A stretch of DNA of 64,000 nt from Camelus dromedarius (Eukaryota), in contig NC_087437.1 in assembly GCF_036321535.1 (NCBI RefSeq), forward strand, positions 68,574,001-68,638,000, written 5' to 3'. How positions within the stretch are numbered: position 1 is the stretch's first letter; each line of letters opens with the position of its first letter. The translations under genes were made by a program, and so were the position numbers. Positions 11,939 to 24,994 of the stretch are shown one piece after another. The notes under the pieces are model-generated. The model was not told the DNA's origin. It searched no databases and saw only the letters and a list, made by a program, of their open reading frames with translations.

Positions 11939-13559
11939 TTGAGATTCTCTGCTTTCAAAGAAAAATCAGAAAGCTTTCAAAGAAAAATGATATAGTTAAA
12001 AAATAAGTGTGGCAAGTCTTTTCATCTGAATAGCCATGTCTTTGAGAGCTCCTCCTGAAAAGTAGACTGTTGTTAGCTGATGTGACCAGATTGCTGAGGA
12101 CTAAGTCTGTGTTTCTGGAGGGGGCTGTGTGTGTGTGTGTGTCTGCACTTGGATTGCTAAAAGTGATCATTTGGATACTGTAATTTATCTGCCTCTCTAT
12201 AATTTTAGATCTCCTTCCCTGGTTGTTTGAAACTACTTTTTAACGTGAAAAGCAAAAATAAACTTGTGTAAAATATATTTTCCTTTAATTCTGAGACTTT
12301 ACTTACCACAAAATTTTAAAGATAAACTTAATTTATTTTGGAAGAAATGTTTTCTTCCTCTAGTGAGGGTTGTGTTCACAAAAGATAAAACTGAAAAGGA
12401 AGATGTTAAAGAAAAAGAAAAAAAATTTAAAACAAAAGGAAATCTTTTCGATTTGCTTTATTGTTTAGGCATTTTTAAAAGACCTATTTAATAGAAACTA
12501 TTTTTGTGGATGAGTTTTTATGATGAAACAACTGCATTCGTCTTTTCTGGCACTAGGAAGGTAAGATGGTGCTTTTCATCTGTGTGAGATTTCCTCTCTG
12601 TTGGCAGGTGAAAACACATTATAATCATGTTGTTGCACCTAGCTATTTTCTGTGGAGAGCTAGTGGTCAAAGGGTCAAAAAGTATATCAAGGGCTTCCCC
12701 TTATTCTATCCTTTAATCCAAACAATGTTTCTATTAAGAATTCTGAAGTTGTTAGGATTTTTTTCTAAGTCTCAAACAAAATAAATTATTGATATTTTTT
12801 AGGACTATTTCAACTTTGACCCTTTGCCTTTTCCGTGAATGTTTCCACCCCTCAGCTCTCTTTCTTGGTGCTTCCTTAGCATCACCTGCTGGGGACTTAC
12901 TTCCTTGGTGATGCCATTCCAGCCACTGGCTCCTTGCACTCCAGGCAGAGACAGGCACTTCCCCCTCTGGGCTCCCACAGCACCGTTTCTCTCCTGCTAC
13001 ACCACTTTGTCTTGTGTTACCTGTTTTCAAGCTCATCTCTTTCTCGCTAGACTTTGAGCATCCTGAGGGCTGGAATTGGCTTTTTTTATATTTGTATCCA
13101 CATGCTTATAACTGAGTGATATATAACATTTTCAAAATCAAAGTCCTAATATATCTGATGATAAATGAAAAAAAATTGTGATTTCATATTTTTGGATCAT
13201 TTTGAATTATAACTCTGTCATCCATTCCACTTTGGTGTTACCTATAAATGTCATAAGTGCTCCGTTTACATTCAAGCCATTGGCAGACAGAGAAGAGATA
13301 TAGATGATATAGATATGTAAGTATAGACACCGACATGGATTCCCCATGGCACATCTTGGAAAACATACCTTCAATCTATGTTCACCATTGATCAGTGTAA
13401 CATTTGGGGAAGAGAAGGGCATTCAGTGCTTCAATTAATTTGACATCTATGAGTCAATCAACTGCTGTGAACTAGTATCTAGACTATAATCTCTTTATTT
13501 TTTCCATTTGCTTTTACAAATGCTTGACTGAAATAAAGATAAAAAGATCAAAAGACTTC

Positions 13560-14500
13560 TCCTGATTTGCTGCTTTATGGAAAACAGAAATAAATTTAGT
13601 TCCATCATAAGTAGAAACAGACTCTTAAGTGCTCATAAATGATCTGTCTCCCAGTTTGCTCTAGAATTTTGCTAGAAATCAACATTACGTTCACCAATCC
13701 ATAATTTTTCCCATTTCTTAAAATTGGGATTTTCATCCCACTTTAATCTCTTTGATTTAGTGCCTATTCTTTTACATTCTTGCAATAAAACCTTTCTGGG
13801 CCTGGAAATTTAAGGACATTTAAATTGCTCAGGTAATAATTTACTACTGCCTCATCTTCCAGAATGTTAATTTGTTTTTACAATATTTATCCTACCTCTT
13901 CTCCTGGGAAGATTTAGTTTCTTGCTAGAGAAGATGGATGAAACACTGGAGGTAAAGATCCTGGCTTTTTTCTTTCATTTGTTGCTAGGTCACTATCTTC
14001 CCTAAGCCGTAAGATTTTCTGAGTAAACCTCACAGATACAGGCACTTTTTCTTTTTGACTTTAGGATATTCCATGAACCTGAAGCTCATTCTGGCCATAA
14101 GCCTTCTTGACACTGTTTACATGTTCACGGTGCATACAGTGTCTCTCTTTATGTCTCCCTGTTCAGATTTTACTGAATGACTTCTAAAATATGAGCATGG
14201 GATGCTTGTGCAATTGTATTAACTTAATCATGTCTTTCTTTTCTGGAAATAATGATTCAAACCATTTTTATAATTTCTCATCTTCTTTAGCTGTAGTTAT
14301 TTTAAATAACTCAACTATTTTAAACAATTTTGGGTGGAAGGGGGATTCTATGTTGAATCGCTATACAAAATTACTCCCTGGGACACATAGCTTTTGTGAG
14401 TCCAACTTTATTTACCTCTGATACAGACATGGCTGTAGTTTTTCAGGGCCCTGCCTTGTTGATTCCTTAATTTTTACAGGGCTCCTCCCCAAAGCCTTAC
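13560..14500 (-). mobile_element. Ancient L3/CR1 LINE relic
   Basis: ttcttgctagagaagatggatgaaac...gctcattctggccataagccttcttgacactg resembles antisense CR1 ORF2; very degraded, may extend further on both sides. Confidence 0.5.
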
Positions 14501-15169
14501 CTGTACACCCATACACCCCTAGATGTATGTGGGAGCAGAAACAAGCTGTCCTCTAGGCACTTTTTATGGAGTGTGAATTCAAAATTATTATCCCTGAATG
14601 GTCTTAAAGGCTCAAGAGAGAGAGACAATCATTTTATTATGAATCAAACTTCAAATTATTTCTTTAACTGAATTTCATTTTGACATAATATGTCCAGTAA
14701 AGGGACATCACAAGGCAAAAGACATCCCTATGAAATCCCCAGCTTTGCTTATACGCAGGGTACTGTGGAGACTGTTGTCATATTTCTATCTCTTATGAGC
14801 CATTTCTGTGTTATGTATCTAGAAGAGTTATGATTTTCCTGTCATATTTTAACTGATCCTGCTTTCCTTTTCAAGAAAGTTAAAGCTAAATTTATGACTC
14901 TCTTTAAAACTGTGCAGTATAGGAGTTCATGCCATGCGTTGTGGTATTAACTTCATTTGGGGCTTGTACTTGCTGTTATTTGCTGTGTCTGCATCTTTGT
15001 GACTCACCACAAACTCTTTTTGTAATGAAGTAAGATAAAAATAAAATAAACTGCTTTGCTTTCCTTCTTCCTTCTGTTACAAATCGCAATGGCACTTTCT
15101 CCTAACGGTCCCATAACATCTTCCAGTCCGATCCAGTTTCTTGCTGGTCATAATTAAAACCATCATACA

Positions 15170-15204
15170 CTTGAATGGATAAAGAAAATACAAGTATATA
15201 AATG

Positions 15205-15241
<37 letters not shown>

Positions 15242-15706
15242 GAAATACTACTCAACCACAAAAAAACAATGAAATAATGCCATTTGCAGCAACATAGATG
15301 GACCTAGAGATTATCATACTAAGTGAAGTAAGGCAGACAAAGAAATATATGATATCACTTATGTATGGAATCTAAAAAATGATACAAATTAACTTATTTA
15401 CAAAGCAGAAATAGACATATAGACATAGAAAAAACTTACGGTACCAAAGGGGAAAGGGCAGAGAAGCAGGGACAAATTAGGAGTTTGGGATTAACAGATA
15501 CACACTACTATATACAAAATAAACAAGAAGGACCTACTGTATATAGCACAGGGAACTATATTCAATATCTTATAACAACCCATGATGGAAAAGAATCTGA
15601 AAAAGAATATATATACACACATATATATACACATATATATAACTGAATCACGTTGCTGTACATATGAAATTAACACAACATCGTACATCAACTATATGTC
15701 CAAAAA
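15170..15706 (+). mobile_element. L1 3' end (artiodactyl type) with internal (CA)n
   Basis: gccatttgcagcaacatagatggacctagagattatcatactaagtgaagt...gcacagggaactatattcaatatctt...aattaacacaacatcgta. Confidence 0.92.
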
Positions 15707-17712
15707 ACCCAAGCTTCACTAATTACAAATAATTTATGCTGAAAATAATGGAATCACTAAATATTTTTAAATACATGTATTTTTCATGTGTTTATTCATT
15801 CATTAATGAAATATTACATAACAATGTGTGAAACAGCCACCTCTTCTGTGTTAAGAGCTAGGATGCAAAAATGCTATTCAGAGCCTCTGTCCTCAGAGGA
15901 TATGAGGATGTCTTAAGATATACATGAACTTCAAGGCAGGCTGTAGGTTGGCTAGAACAGGGCTACTGCCTTAGACCTCAGTTTTGTTTCCTATGCCTAT
16001 TCCAGAACTCTGAACACGAAAAAGCCCCCTGCTGAATGTTTGTAACGGTGAGCATTCCCACCACGCATAACTAGGGTTTCAAAATTGCTTTACAGTTTGA
16101 TTTTTTTAAATTATTAATAAACTGAGGGTTTCTTTTATGAAAACAACAAACAAAAAACCCCATCATGTACATTTTATGTGTGAATTCAGTGAGCAGATGG
16201 AATATTCTCAAAACTACCTTATGACCACATACAAGATATTAAGTGGGCATTAGGATCAAATGCAATCAGGGCATTTTCCACAATTTTTCTCCTCTTCTAA
16301 TCTTGTCAAGAGTTTATCAGATGCTTCACTCTAGTAAAATATATTCAGTATAAGTGCAAGTAATTGGATTTTTCATCATTACTGTACTTTACCACTGTGC
16401 TAGTTCTGTAATTTGTATTAGGAAAACATCAACTCTCTCCCCTGTCAATGGTACTCCTATAACAATTTCACTTCTGTTTGTTTTCCTTTTTTTTTTTTTT
16501 AAACCTCAACACATTATGTCATGTGGATTAATTACAAAACTAGAAAAGAGACAAAACTGTTTACTTATGTATTTTCAGTGCACATTTTGTGGTGTTTTTT
16601 GATGTTGGCTTTGGGGAAAAGTCTAAAAATTATATTCAGAAAGCTTATTCTATAAGTTATGTTAAATGAGCACAACACTTAACATTAGTTTTTTCAGTAA
16701 TTCAAATGGTTTGTCAGTTTTGAAATAGATGTTAAGATTCAGCCTGACTTTATTTCTCTCATTAAAATTAGGCAACTGTGTTTTTAAATACATGGCCCAA
16801 ACTCTGTCTTGCCTACTTTTGAGAAATTTAATAACATTATTTGATCTTGGTGATTTGTATTAGGTACAAATCCTATTCCTTTCACTTACTGCTTCAAGGC
16901 AGCCTCAGGTTCATCCTTCCTTGAGGATTCACAGACTTCTATCAGTCTGGGTGGAAGGATGAAGAGCCAGAGAGAATCAAAGAAAGAGAAAAGAGAGCCC
17001 AGTCAAGAGAGCATGTCCCAGGACATCAGGTCCCTGCCTGTCCTGTTCATAAGCCAACACTGAAGGCAGTCCCCAGTAGGATGCTCTAAATGCTCTGTAC
17101 GCAGAGGAACCATGTTAGGTCACCCAGGGAGACTGGGAAACAGAAATCTTTAGAGCAAAAGTGTCTTCATAAACATAGGGTTTGAATGCATGAGTATAAA
17201 GTGCATCTGTGTCAATGCTGTTACAGCTTTAAAAAATTGACTGAAAAAACAGAAGGCCATATTCTACTAATTGCTCCTTCTGTGGTTGTAAAGCAGCAGG
17301 CACACAGTGTGGATGGGATGGGAACGTTTTTGATTTTGTGGTTTCAGGATTAAACTTAGCAATGGATGCCTTTGAGTTGGGTCATTCAAGATAAACCTTT
17401 ACAGCTTTTTCACGTTGTGAAGTAACAATCTTACGAGAAATCAAAGGCTGAAAAATTCAATGCCAAGGGAGGGTAGGCTCATGCATTTTAAAGGCGGGTT
17501 TGTCTTGAATATATTACGGTGTGAAGTGAAGCTACTGGTGCAGATAAGATGGCTGCTCAAGAAGTAAAAAGAGACATTACATTTTCAAACCCAGGAGGAA
17601 GACAACAACTTGATTTCTGGTATCCATACGTGCCACAGGGGAACTTTACTGTGAAAAAAGAGGGCAACAAAATACATCTCTGAATTATTGTATCTAAATT
17701 ACATCAAATGTA

Positions 17713-17804
17713 GGGGGGAGGGTATTGCTCAGTGGTAGAGAGCATGCTTAGGATGTATGAGGTCCTGGGTTATATCCCCAGTACCTCCATTAAAAAAAAA
17801 AAAA
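17713..17804 (+). mobile_element. tRNA-Ala-derived camelid-type SINE with 15-bp TSD
   Basis: ggggggagggtattgctcagtggtagagagcatgctt...ccccagtacctcca plus poly-A; TSD aaattacatcaaatg at 17696-17710 and 17805-17819. Confidence 0.92.
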
Positions 17805-19961
17805 AAATTACATCAAATGATCCAAATTCTCCTCAAAAATCATTATCAAAGTCCTCCAAAAATATTTTTCTAAATGTTATTAACTTGATAGATTTTTAAA
17901 CACCTTTATTTCTAATGTGTTGACCAAAAAATAAAGTAGGAATTATATGAAATATTAATAATATATATGCCTTGAATTACTCTAACTATATTTGTCTATG
18001 ATTTATTAAAGTGTTATCCTATTCAGTTAAATGTGAACAATAACTTTATGGAGACTTTATCAAACTGTCCTAAAATAGGCAATTTGGTATAACATACACA
18101 TTGTAAAGTAAGCTCACTAGATCTGTCCGGGAATTTTCCTCATCAAATTTCATTAATTCTTCTTGCCTAGGAAAGGTTTTAACTTTGTCATTGAGCTATA
18201 GCTTCTGGAATGAATGCCACTGCTGTTTAAAGAAATTATTTTTTTGTCTAGTGCATTCACTGTAGTTAATAAAGCATGATGGGTTCATGGTGATGAAGAA
18301 CATAAAAAAATGCAATATATTATTAAATTTAACATCTCATGTTGATGCAAGGTCAAAGTTGAGCAATTAAGCATTCAAAAGCTCCCCAAACTCTAGTATT
18401 ATAAGCTCTGAAACAAATTGCACTATGCATTTAAAAAAAATGAATGCCATGTATTATGATGAGTATTTACCAGGAAAGGAAAAGAGTATGCAAAATATAA
18501 ATTTATATATGTAGGCGTCTACAAGAATAGAGAATCACCATATTAATAGCATTGGAAAAAACTATTTGGCATGCTAAATCTGTTTAATGCTGCTTGAAAC
18601 CACTATTCACTATTTTTATTATTCCACTTAGATAAAGTCAGCATGCAGTTGGAAAGGAAATATAAAAAGGAAAGCATGCAGAGGTCACATAATAGAAAAC
18701 CCACTTTATTAAACTCTCCCCTCAAATCAGTTCGGGGTGTATTTCCCATCAACCATCATGGTTTGAGGACAGTCTTCAAGTGATGGCAATCATCACACTA
18801 TATTTGTTATTTATTTCCTTGTTTTACTCCTTACAGTGGTGAGCCTTCTGAGGAAAGAGCTTGTCTACCTCTATATCCCCAAACCTAATCTCAACACCTA
18901 TTCAGTGCCAGGAATATTATGAAAAGTTAATACAAGGTTGTTTGATTAAGGAACAAATACATGGATGTGTGAATACAGGTGGAAAGCACAGACTTTGCTA
19001 AATATATGATGCTCTGGGCAGTACTTTGAACTTGAAACACTTTTAGATGTTTTGGAATTTTCAGATACTCACTTTTAGCAACCATTAAAATGTACCCTAA
19101 GTGAAGAAGGACACTTATCCCTTTGCACAGCTGCCATCCTATCAAAAGGAAGATTCTTAATCTCATCATCTTCCAGGGAAAGCCCTCCATCCTAACCATG
19201 CTAGTTGTCTGGGTCTTGTCCAGCTCTCTTCTGCATCCTGGAACCCAGGCGTGGCTGCCCTATTTTCTGTTTTGTTTTGCTTTGTTTCCAGAGCAGGGAG
19301 GAGTGCTGCTTTTGGTTTTGTTTACACAAAAATCCGTGAGGAAGCACAGCGTTCCTTTGGTCTCTTGGCCTAGCAGCATATTCAGCCATCGTGAATATGT
19401 GCATTCGAGGAATAATGCACTCGAATTGCCCGTGATAGCCTGGAGCCCATAATCTTGCAGTTTGGATTATTTCCCCCCAAACTATTACCTTCCATGTACG
19501 CTCACTGAATGATGCTCAGATGCAGATATGCCGCTTTCATGCCCACTTACCCAGACTCAGGAGTCCTCCTGAATGCGTCCCTGCCACCTCAGCACCTCCT
19601 TACCCACTAAAGCTCACTGTCACGGGGGAATGTGGAGGTTTCATTACATATAACTTTTTAACTTCATATTTAAAAAAAAAAACACTTATAAGTAATACTG
19701 GTTTCATCATATATGCCTTGGATAGTGGGTTGTGGAGGATGGTGAAAAAGGTGTATAGTGCAACTACGAGTCTCCTCAATTCAGAGAAGTTGGGTTGCTT
19801 TGGTCCTCTCCATCAGGCATTTTTTCAGGCTTATCTGCCTACTATTTTGTGTCTGTGGGCTCTGGGTTGCCTACATTCTTGGGTTAGCCAACTTATGTGA
19901 AAGGACAGATGTGTGCTTCTAAATGCAGGGACCTTGACCTAGCTAACCATTTTGACTGGCT

Positions 19962-20085
19962 TTTTTTTTTTTTTTTTCTTTTCTTTTCCTGGCTTTATTG
20001 AGATATAATTGACAAATAAAAATTATATACATTGAAGATGTGCAATACAATGTTTTGATACACGCATTCATTGTGCAATTGCTTT
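19962..20085 (-). mobile_element. L1MA-type 3' terminal fragment
   Basis: Poly-T, then ctttattgagatataattgacaaataaaaattatatacattgaagatgtgcaa. Confidence 0.8.
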
Positions 20086-20929
20086 TAAAATGTTTACTTA
20101 TAGCGTGGTATCGGGAAAAGAGACCTGACTGTAGAGTCAAATAGTTCCATAGACCCTGACTCTCACCTCCTATCTGAACATGAATAATTTTATTGGGATT
20201 TCTTCCCCCAACAACAAAGTGAAGATTCTAACACCGATAAGTACAGAATTTTTGAAGATCCAGTGAAAGAGCTTATTATACATCATAGTGTATCAATTAT
20301 ATTATGTATATCATTCTCTATCACGGTCTTCAGGCTATTTTATTTCCTTCTTTCCATCGTTTCTGATAGCTGCCTATCCTTTAATCTGGACCTCATTATT
20401 CCCCTCCCTCCTGCCCTAATGAAGGCCTGCTCTCCTTTATTATAACCATCTGACCTCTTAGTCCCTGTTTTCTTGATTCTGTCATCTCACAGGTAACTCC
20501 TGTCCAGTGTGGCTAATCTCTGACTCAATATCTCCCACATTAGTTGACTTCGTAAAAGAAAGCACCCTCACAAATAGGTTTTAGAAATTCTCCGATTCTC
20601 TAAATTACACAGTAACCTTTTTTTTTTTACCCCGGAGTGTGCGTATCAATTATTTGGGCATAGCTTTCCTTTACATTATCACCGGTAGCTATTGAACAGA
20701 ACACTCCTGCCCAGTTGCAGAGGTCTGTGGATACATCACAGCAATGACCTTTGAAGCATTATCTGCTTGGAGGGGTAGAGGTGGTTCTGGTTTGGGCTGA
20801 AGCGTTGTTTGTAATGACCAGAGTTGGAAATAATCTGAAGGTCAAATTGATATTTTAGCAGAGGAGAGGAGTTACAAACCAAAGGTCAGTGCCAAAAGAG
20901 CAATCTGTAATTAGGGACATGAAAGGCAA

Positions 20930-20995
20930 ACAACAAGGACCTACTGTATAGCACAAGGAGCTATATTCAATATCTTGTAAAATTTAAAAAAGAAG
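20930..20995 (+). mobile_element. Very short L1 3'UTR fragment with TSD
   Basis: acaacaaggacctactgtatagcacaaggagctatattcaatatcttgta matches 15523-15572; flanked by tgaaaggcaa at 20920-20929 and 20996-21005. Confidence 0.8.
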
Positions 20996-21321
20996 TGAAA
21001 GGCAAGATGACAAGGATACCATGTCCAGGTTGGCAGGTGGAACCTAAAGTGAGATAAGGTAATAGGGTTAAATCCAAACAATTCTAGGGTGTTAAGGAGA
21101 TGACTTTTAGTGAGTGCATGAGTCAGTGGCAGAGAAGTCATCAGTGTTAAAGGAGCAGCAGAAACTGGGACCCAGTACTCAATGCCCAGTCTCGGAATGC
21201 ATAAAATATAACTTGAGATTAAAATGTGAAAAATACAGACCAGTAAGTTACTGAGCACCTGTGAGCTTTATATGCATTGGCTTAAATTATCAAAACTAAA
21301 ATTATTCTCAAGATGATAAAG

Positions 21322-21725
21322 GTGGCTTAGTTTGGATTGCTCCCAAATACGGCTCTGGGAGAAGCATTTGGGTGCACATCAGTAAAAAGTCTGTTAAGAA
21401 TCACGTGGGCAGTGATGGCTCAGTCCTGCTGGAGACCCTGTCAGAGACTGAAAAATACACCTCGGAACTGGCCTACCAAGAGGCAAGGAAAATGAAGTAT
21501 CTGTCCACAAACTCCCATCTCTCCTTGGTTGGCATTCCTCCTGGAAGCACTCACTTCCCTGCACTACCGTTCTGCTCCACTTGTAGGAAGAGCATTCCTT
21601 TGGCCAGAGAAGGCAGGTAGAGAAACACACATCCTCGAGGTCAGGGAATTGACTGCGGCAACCCCTGATGACTTCCCAGATGGGGTAAGGAGCTTATGCG
21701 TGGGACTTTGACCATGTCTGCTACA
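21322..21725. mobile_element. Old ERVL/MaLR-type LTR relic
   Basis: cttagtttggattgctcccaaatacggctctgggagaagcatttgggtgca resembles old LTR termini; family not resolved. Confidence 0.4.
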
Positions 21726-22157
21726 AAGGCAAAGCGTGATTCTTTCCAGAAACCAGGTGAATATGCTGAGGGGTTCTGTTTAAAATCACCTATATCAAAA
21801 TAAGATTTTGTCACAGTTTTGACACTTGGTTCCAGGACCTGTGGAAAAATTATGTTCATGCATTTCTATCTTCTCCACTAAAATAAACGTTAAATCAGGA
21901 CCTGGAACTAGCATAGACTGTATTTGGCTCTTCCATCACAGTGCTTTTTCTGCCATGAACTGAAGTCCATTCTAGTGACATTAGAAAATAACGGCTTCAT
22001 AAGATCCCCTTTCCCCCCCAAAATCAGAGCATTTGCTAATGATAACCTGTTTCCCTGTGTCTATTTGTAATGCCTCTAACCCCAGTGGATCCAAATACAC
22101 TGCATTAGCAATTACTGCACAGCACATTTAGAATACTTAGAAAACCTCTTTCCCTAC

Positions 22158-22211
22158 CATTGCCACACAGTCGCCAACCGCCGGGAACAGATCGCAACAG
22201 CTGTGCAGCAG
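22158..22211 (-). other. Candidate 54-nt spliced exon ending in ATG
   Basis: Minus strand: ttcttcatccacttttgtgtcgtgttactgcAG | 54 nt | GTaggg; CpG-retaining; no partner exons identified. Confidence 0.35.
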
Positions 22212-22859
22212 CTGCAGTAACACGACACAAAAGTGGATGAAGAATAACCCACCTGGCATATGCCTCCCATGTAACAGGCTGCATATCTTCAGCCTCAGAG
22301 TCCCCTCTGGTTCCCATTTGGACTTCTGGCATCAAGAGGGTGTAATAATACTCGAAAGTAATTATTTTTAGAAAGGTAAAAGCAATTCATACTGTCCTTT
22401 AATCTTACCCATTAAAATCAGAAATGAGAGTCACTGCCCACGAAGGGCCTGTGTTTTTATTGGGAAGCTGGATGCCCAGTGAGCAGAAGCCTTTGTCTTT
22501 GAAATGAGGTACGCTATGCCCTGTTGGGGGATGATGGTGATGTCACAGGCACTCAGGTGGTTATTCAGAATTTACAGACCTTGGAAAGATACTTCATAAG
22601 CTAGTCGTCATAACACATTCACTTTGAAGGTGAGGATATGAAGACCCCAGGAAGAGATGCATTTCACCCAGGGTCACAAAGTTGTAGCAAGGAGAGTTCA
22701 ACCTTCAACACTGTTTGTTGCTTTTTCATTCTATGCCCTTTCCACCACACCAGCCAACTTCTGTATGTAGCAAGATTCAGGTTTGAAAGGGTGTGATTGC
22801 CGTCCAAGTAATGTAAAACTCTCTCACTTTCTTTGGAAGGACCCTATACAATGTGAGCT

Positions 22860-23300
22860 GGGGATTCCACTGACTCAAAAATACACTCAACTAGGTGTCA
22901 AGGAGATCATTCCAGTTCTGACATTTCTGCTTACTGGACTATGATCTTGGGTTAACCACTTTATATATCTGAGTCTTTATATATATCTTTCCCTCTTTAA
23001 ACCTGTGAATTTTAACTGCTTCCCTAATAATATTCCTACTGTCGTAATGAGTATTATACAAGCTTAACCCTAAAGTGCCATGGGAAAAGAAGGTATCCAT
23101 TGTTCATCGAAAACTAGGCAATACTTAGAGTTCTTTGCTCCTGTGGTTTTGGGGATGTCTCATACAACTAGGTGGATGTAATGAATCCTTTTTTACATGG
23201 GAAAAAAATTGAAGCTCAGTGAGTTGTGGTTCCTTTTGAGAGATCATACACCCTGGAAGTGGAAATAGATTTTAAACTCAAGTTTGTCTGATACTGAGTT
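22860..23300. mobile_element. Two MIR fragments (about 22860-23080 on +, about 23170-23300 on -)
   Basis: actatgatcttgggttaaccactttatatatctgagtct; ttttacatgggaaaaaaattgaagctcagtgagtt. Confidence 0.55.
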
Positions 23301-23373
23301 AAATATAGAAGATAGTGAAATGGTATCTTCAGCATATCTGAGGCCAATCCCAGAGTTTTCCCAATTATGATAT

Positions 23374-23826
23374 TGTTACGGAAACGACAGGCCAGTCAAG
23401 AAACAAGCACCACTCGGAGGGTAGGAGTACTCAGATGTATTACGCCGGCGGGCTCAGAGGGGCTTCTGCTCCGAAGCTCTGAGCACCTTCAAGATGTGCA
23501 CATGAGGTTTTATAGGGTAAAGTACAAGCTTGGGGTATTCGGCCAATAGGCATGGAACAGCTTTAGCAGCATCATCATCACAAAAGTGGAGGCGGGGAGG
23601 CAGCAAACCAACATTCCAAAGCCAGATATGTATCTTTGAAAATCCAGCTGGCTAGCAAAAACACATAAACAGCAAACCAACACTAATTAACCTAGATTTA
23701 CAAGTTAGTCTAGCAGAACTCACATCAGTATTCCAATACTTCGACTTGTTAGCCCAGCCCAGCCTCTCCTTCACATTCCTAGACTTATGAGATATCTTGT
23801 CAGACCAGCCCGGTTTTTCCTTCACA
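23374..23826 (-). mobile_element. Young ERV1-type solo LTR, 453 bp, 4-bp TSD
   Basis: TG...CA termini; ATAT at 23370-23373 and 23827-23830; minus-strand TATAAAA at 23508-23514; many intact CpGs. Confidence 0.88.
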
Positions 23827-24994
23827 ATATGACACAGAAACGTTTAGCTGAATATATGAGCACAGAGCATGAATGAAAGTAGAGTGTCTATAAACATTGA
23901 GAAGTCAGGAGCTCTACCTCTGCCTCTGAGTTAGCTGGGTTGTGTTTAGGACACCACCAGCTGGCCTGCTTTTCCCCTGAGCCACAGTCTTTCCTCCTTC
24001 GTTGTCAGCACTCTCTTGTCCCACCGTTAATGCTTTATCTCACCATCACCACTGTTGGAGTCCCTGTACCAGGCACTAGGAAAAAGCCAGTTCTTGCTTT
24101 CAAGGAGGAGGAGACAACAAACAAACAGGCACATACTAAACAGCATCCCCATTCCCCACCTCTGGAGAGAGAAGTTTGGGAAAGTGCTAATGGACACACC
24201 CTGGAGGCTTGGAGAGCAACTCCCTTCTCTACCAATGAAAAGAGCCCACTAACTCTTATTCATAGTAAGATGCAAACATATGAACGATAAGGTTTGAAAT
24301 GTTAACCTTTCTTCGGATGTATTTCCAGAGTTTATATTAAGGACATTCAACAACCAGAGTGGCTGGAGGACCAATTCATCAGAATGGAGATAGTTACAGT
24401 CCAGAGCCCCAAAGACCCCTAGCTGGGCCCAAGGTCAGTTTAGCTGCTGAGTGTGGGAAGTCCGAGAGGTCCCAGGGGAGGGCTGTGGGAGCCACAGCTA
24501 AGTGGGGTTGGGATAGAGGCACTGGGGACTCAAGGCAATGGGTTGATTTCTGTAATTGAAGTTGAAATCGTTCAGTATTTTCACAGCTAATACCTTCCTC
24601 TGGAACCAGTTGAAGACCAGCTCTTTTATTTGCTTTTAGAGACCACTCCTCTATTTGCCTTATGCCCCGCTGAGATTTGTCCTAAGCCCCCCCATGATAT
24701 TTGGGACATCCGTAGACCACACAAAGAGGTGCCCGGGTCACCGCTGCACGTGCCCGGCTCCCTGCTTTGTGAGTGGGTAGTACTACATACCAACTGAATT
24801 TGAAATAAACCCTAGCAGGTTGCTTTATGTTAAGAACTGATCAAAGGAGAATGGACTTTCAACTTGCGAAAACTTATTTTAGTTGAGTGAAGTAAGTTCA
24901 GCAGTATTAAAACTCCTTCACGCTCTATGGTTAACAAAACACTTTCACGTCTGCGCTTATTTCCTTTTCGCTTTGATTGTAGGGATTGAGCAGG

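Noticed and set aside
17542..17556. Overlapping GATA/YY1 motif (AGATAAGATGGCTGC) as a promoter
   Set aside because: No CpG island or other promoter context; a single motif is compatible with chance.
17713..17789. tRNA-Ala gene (also 37030-37102)
   Set aside because: Poly-A tail, TSD, mismatched stems and, in this copy, a damaged B-box (GGTTATATCC) indicate a SINE.
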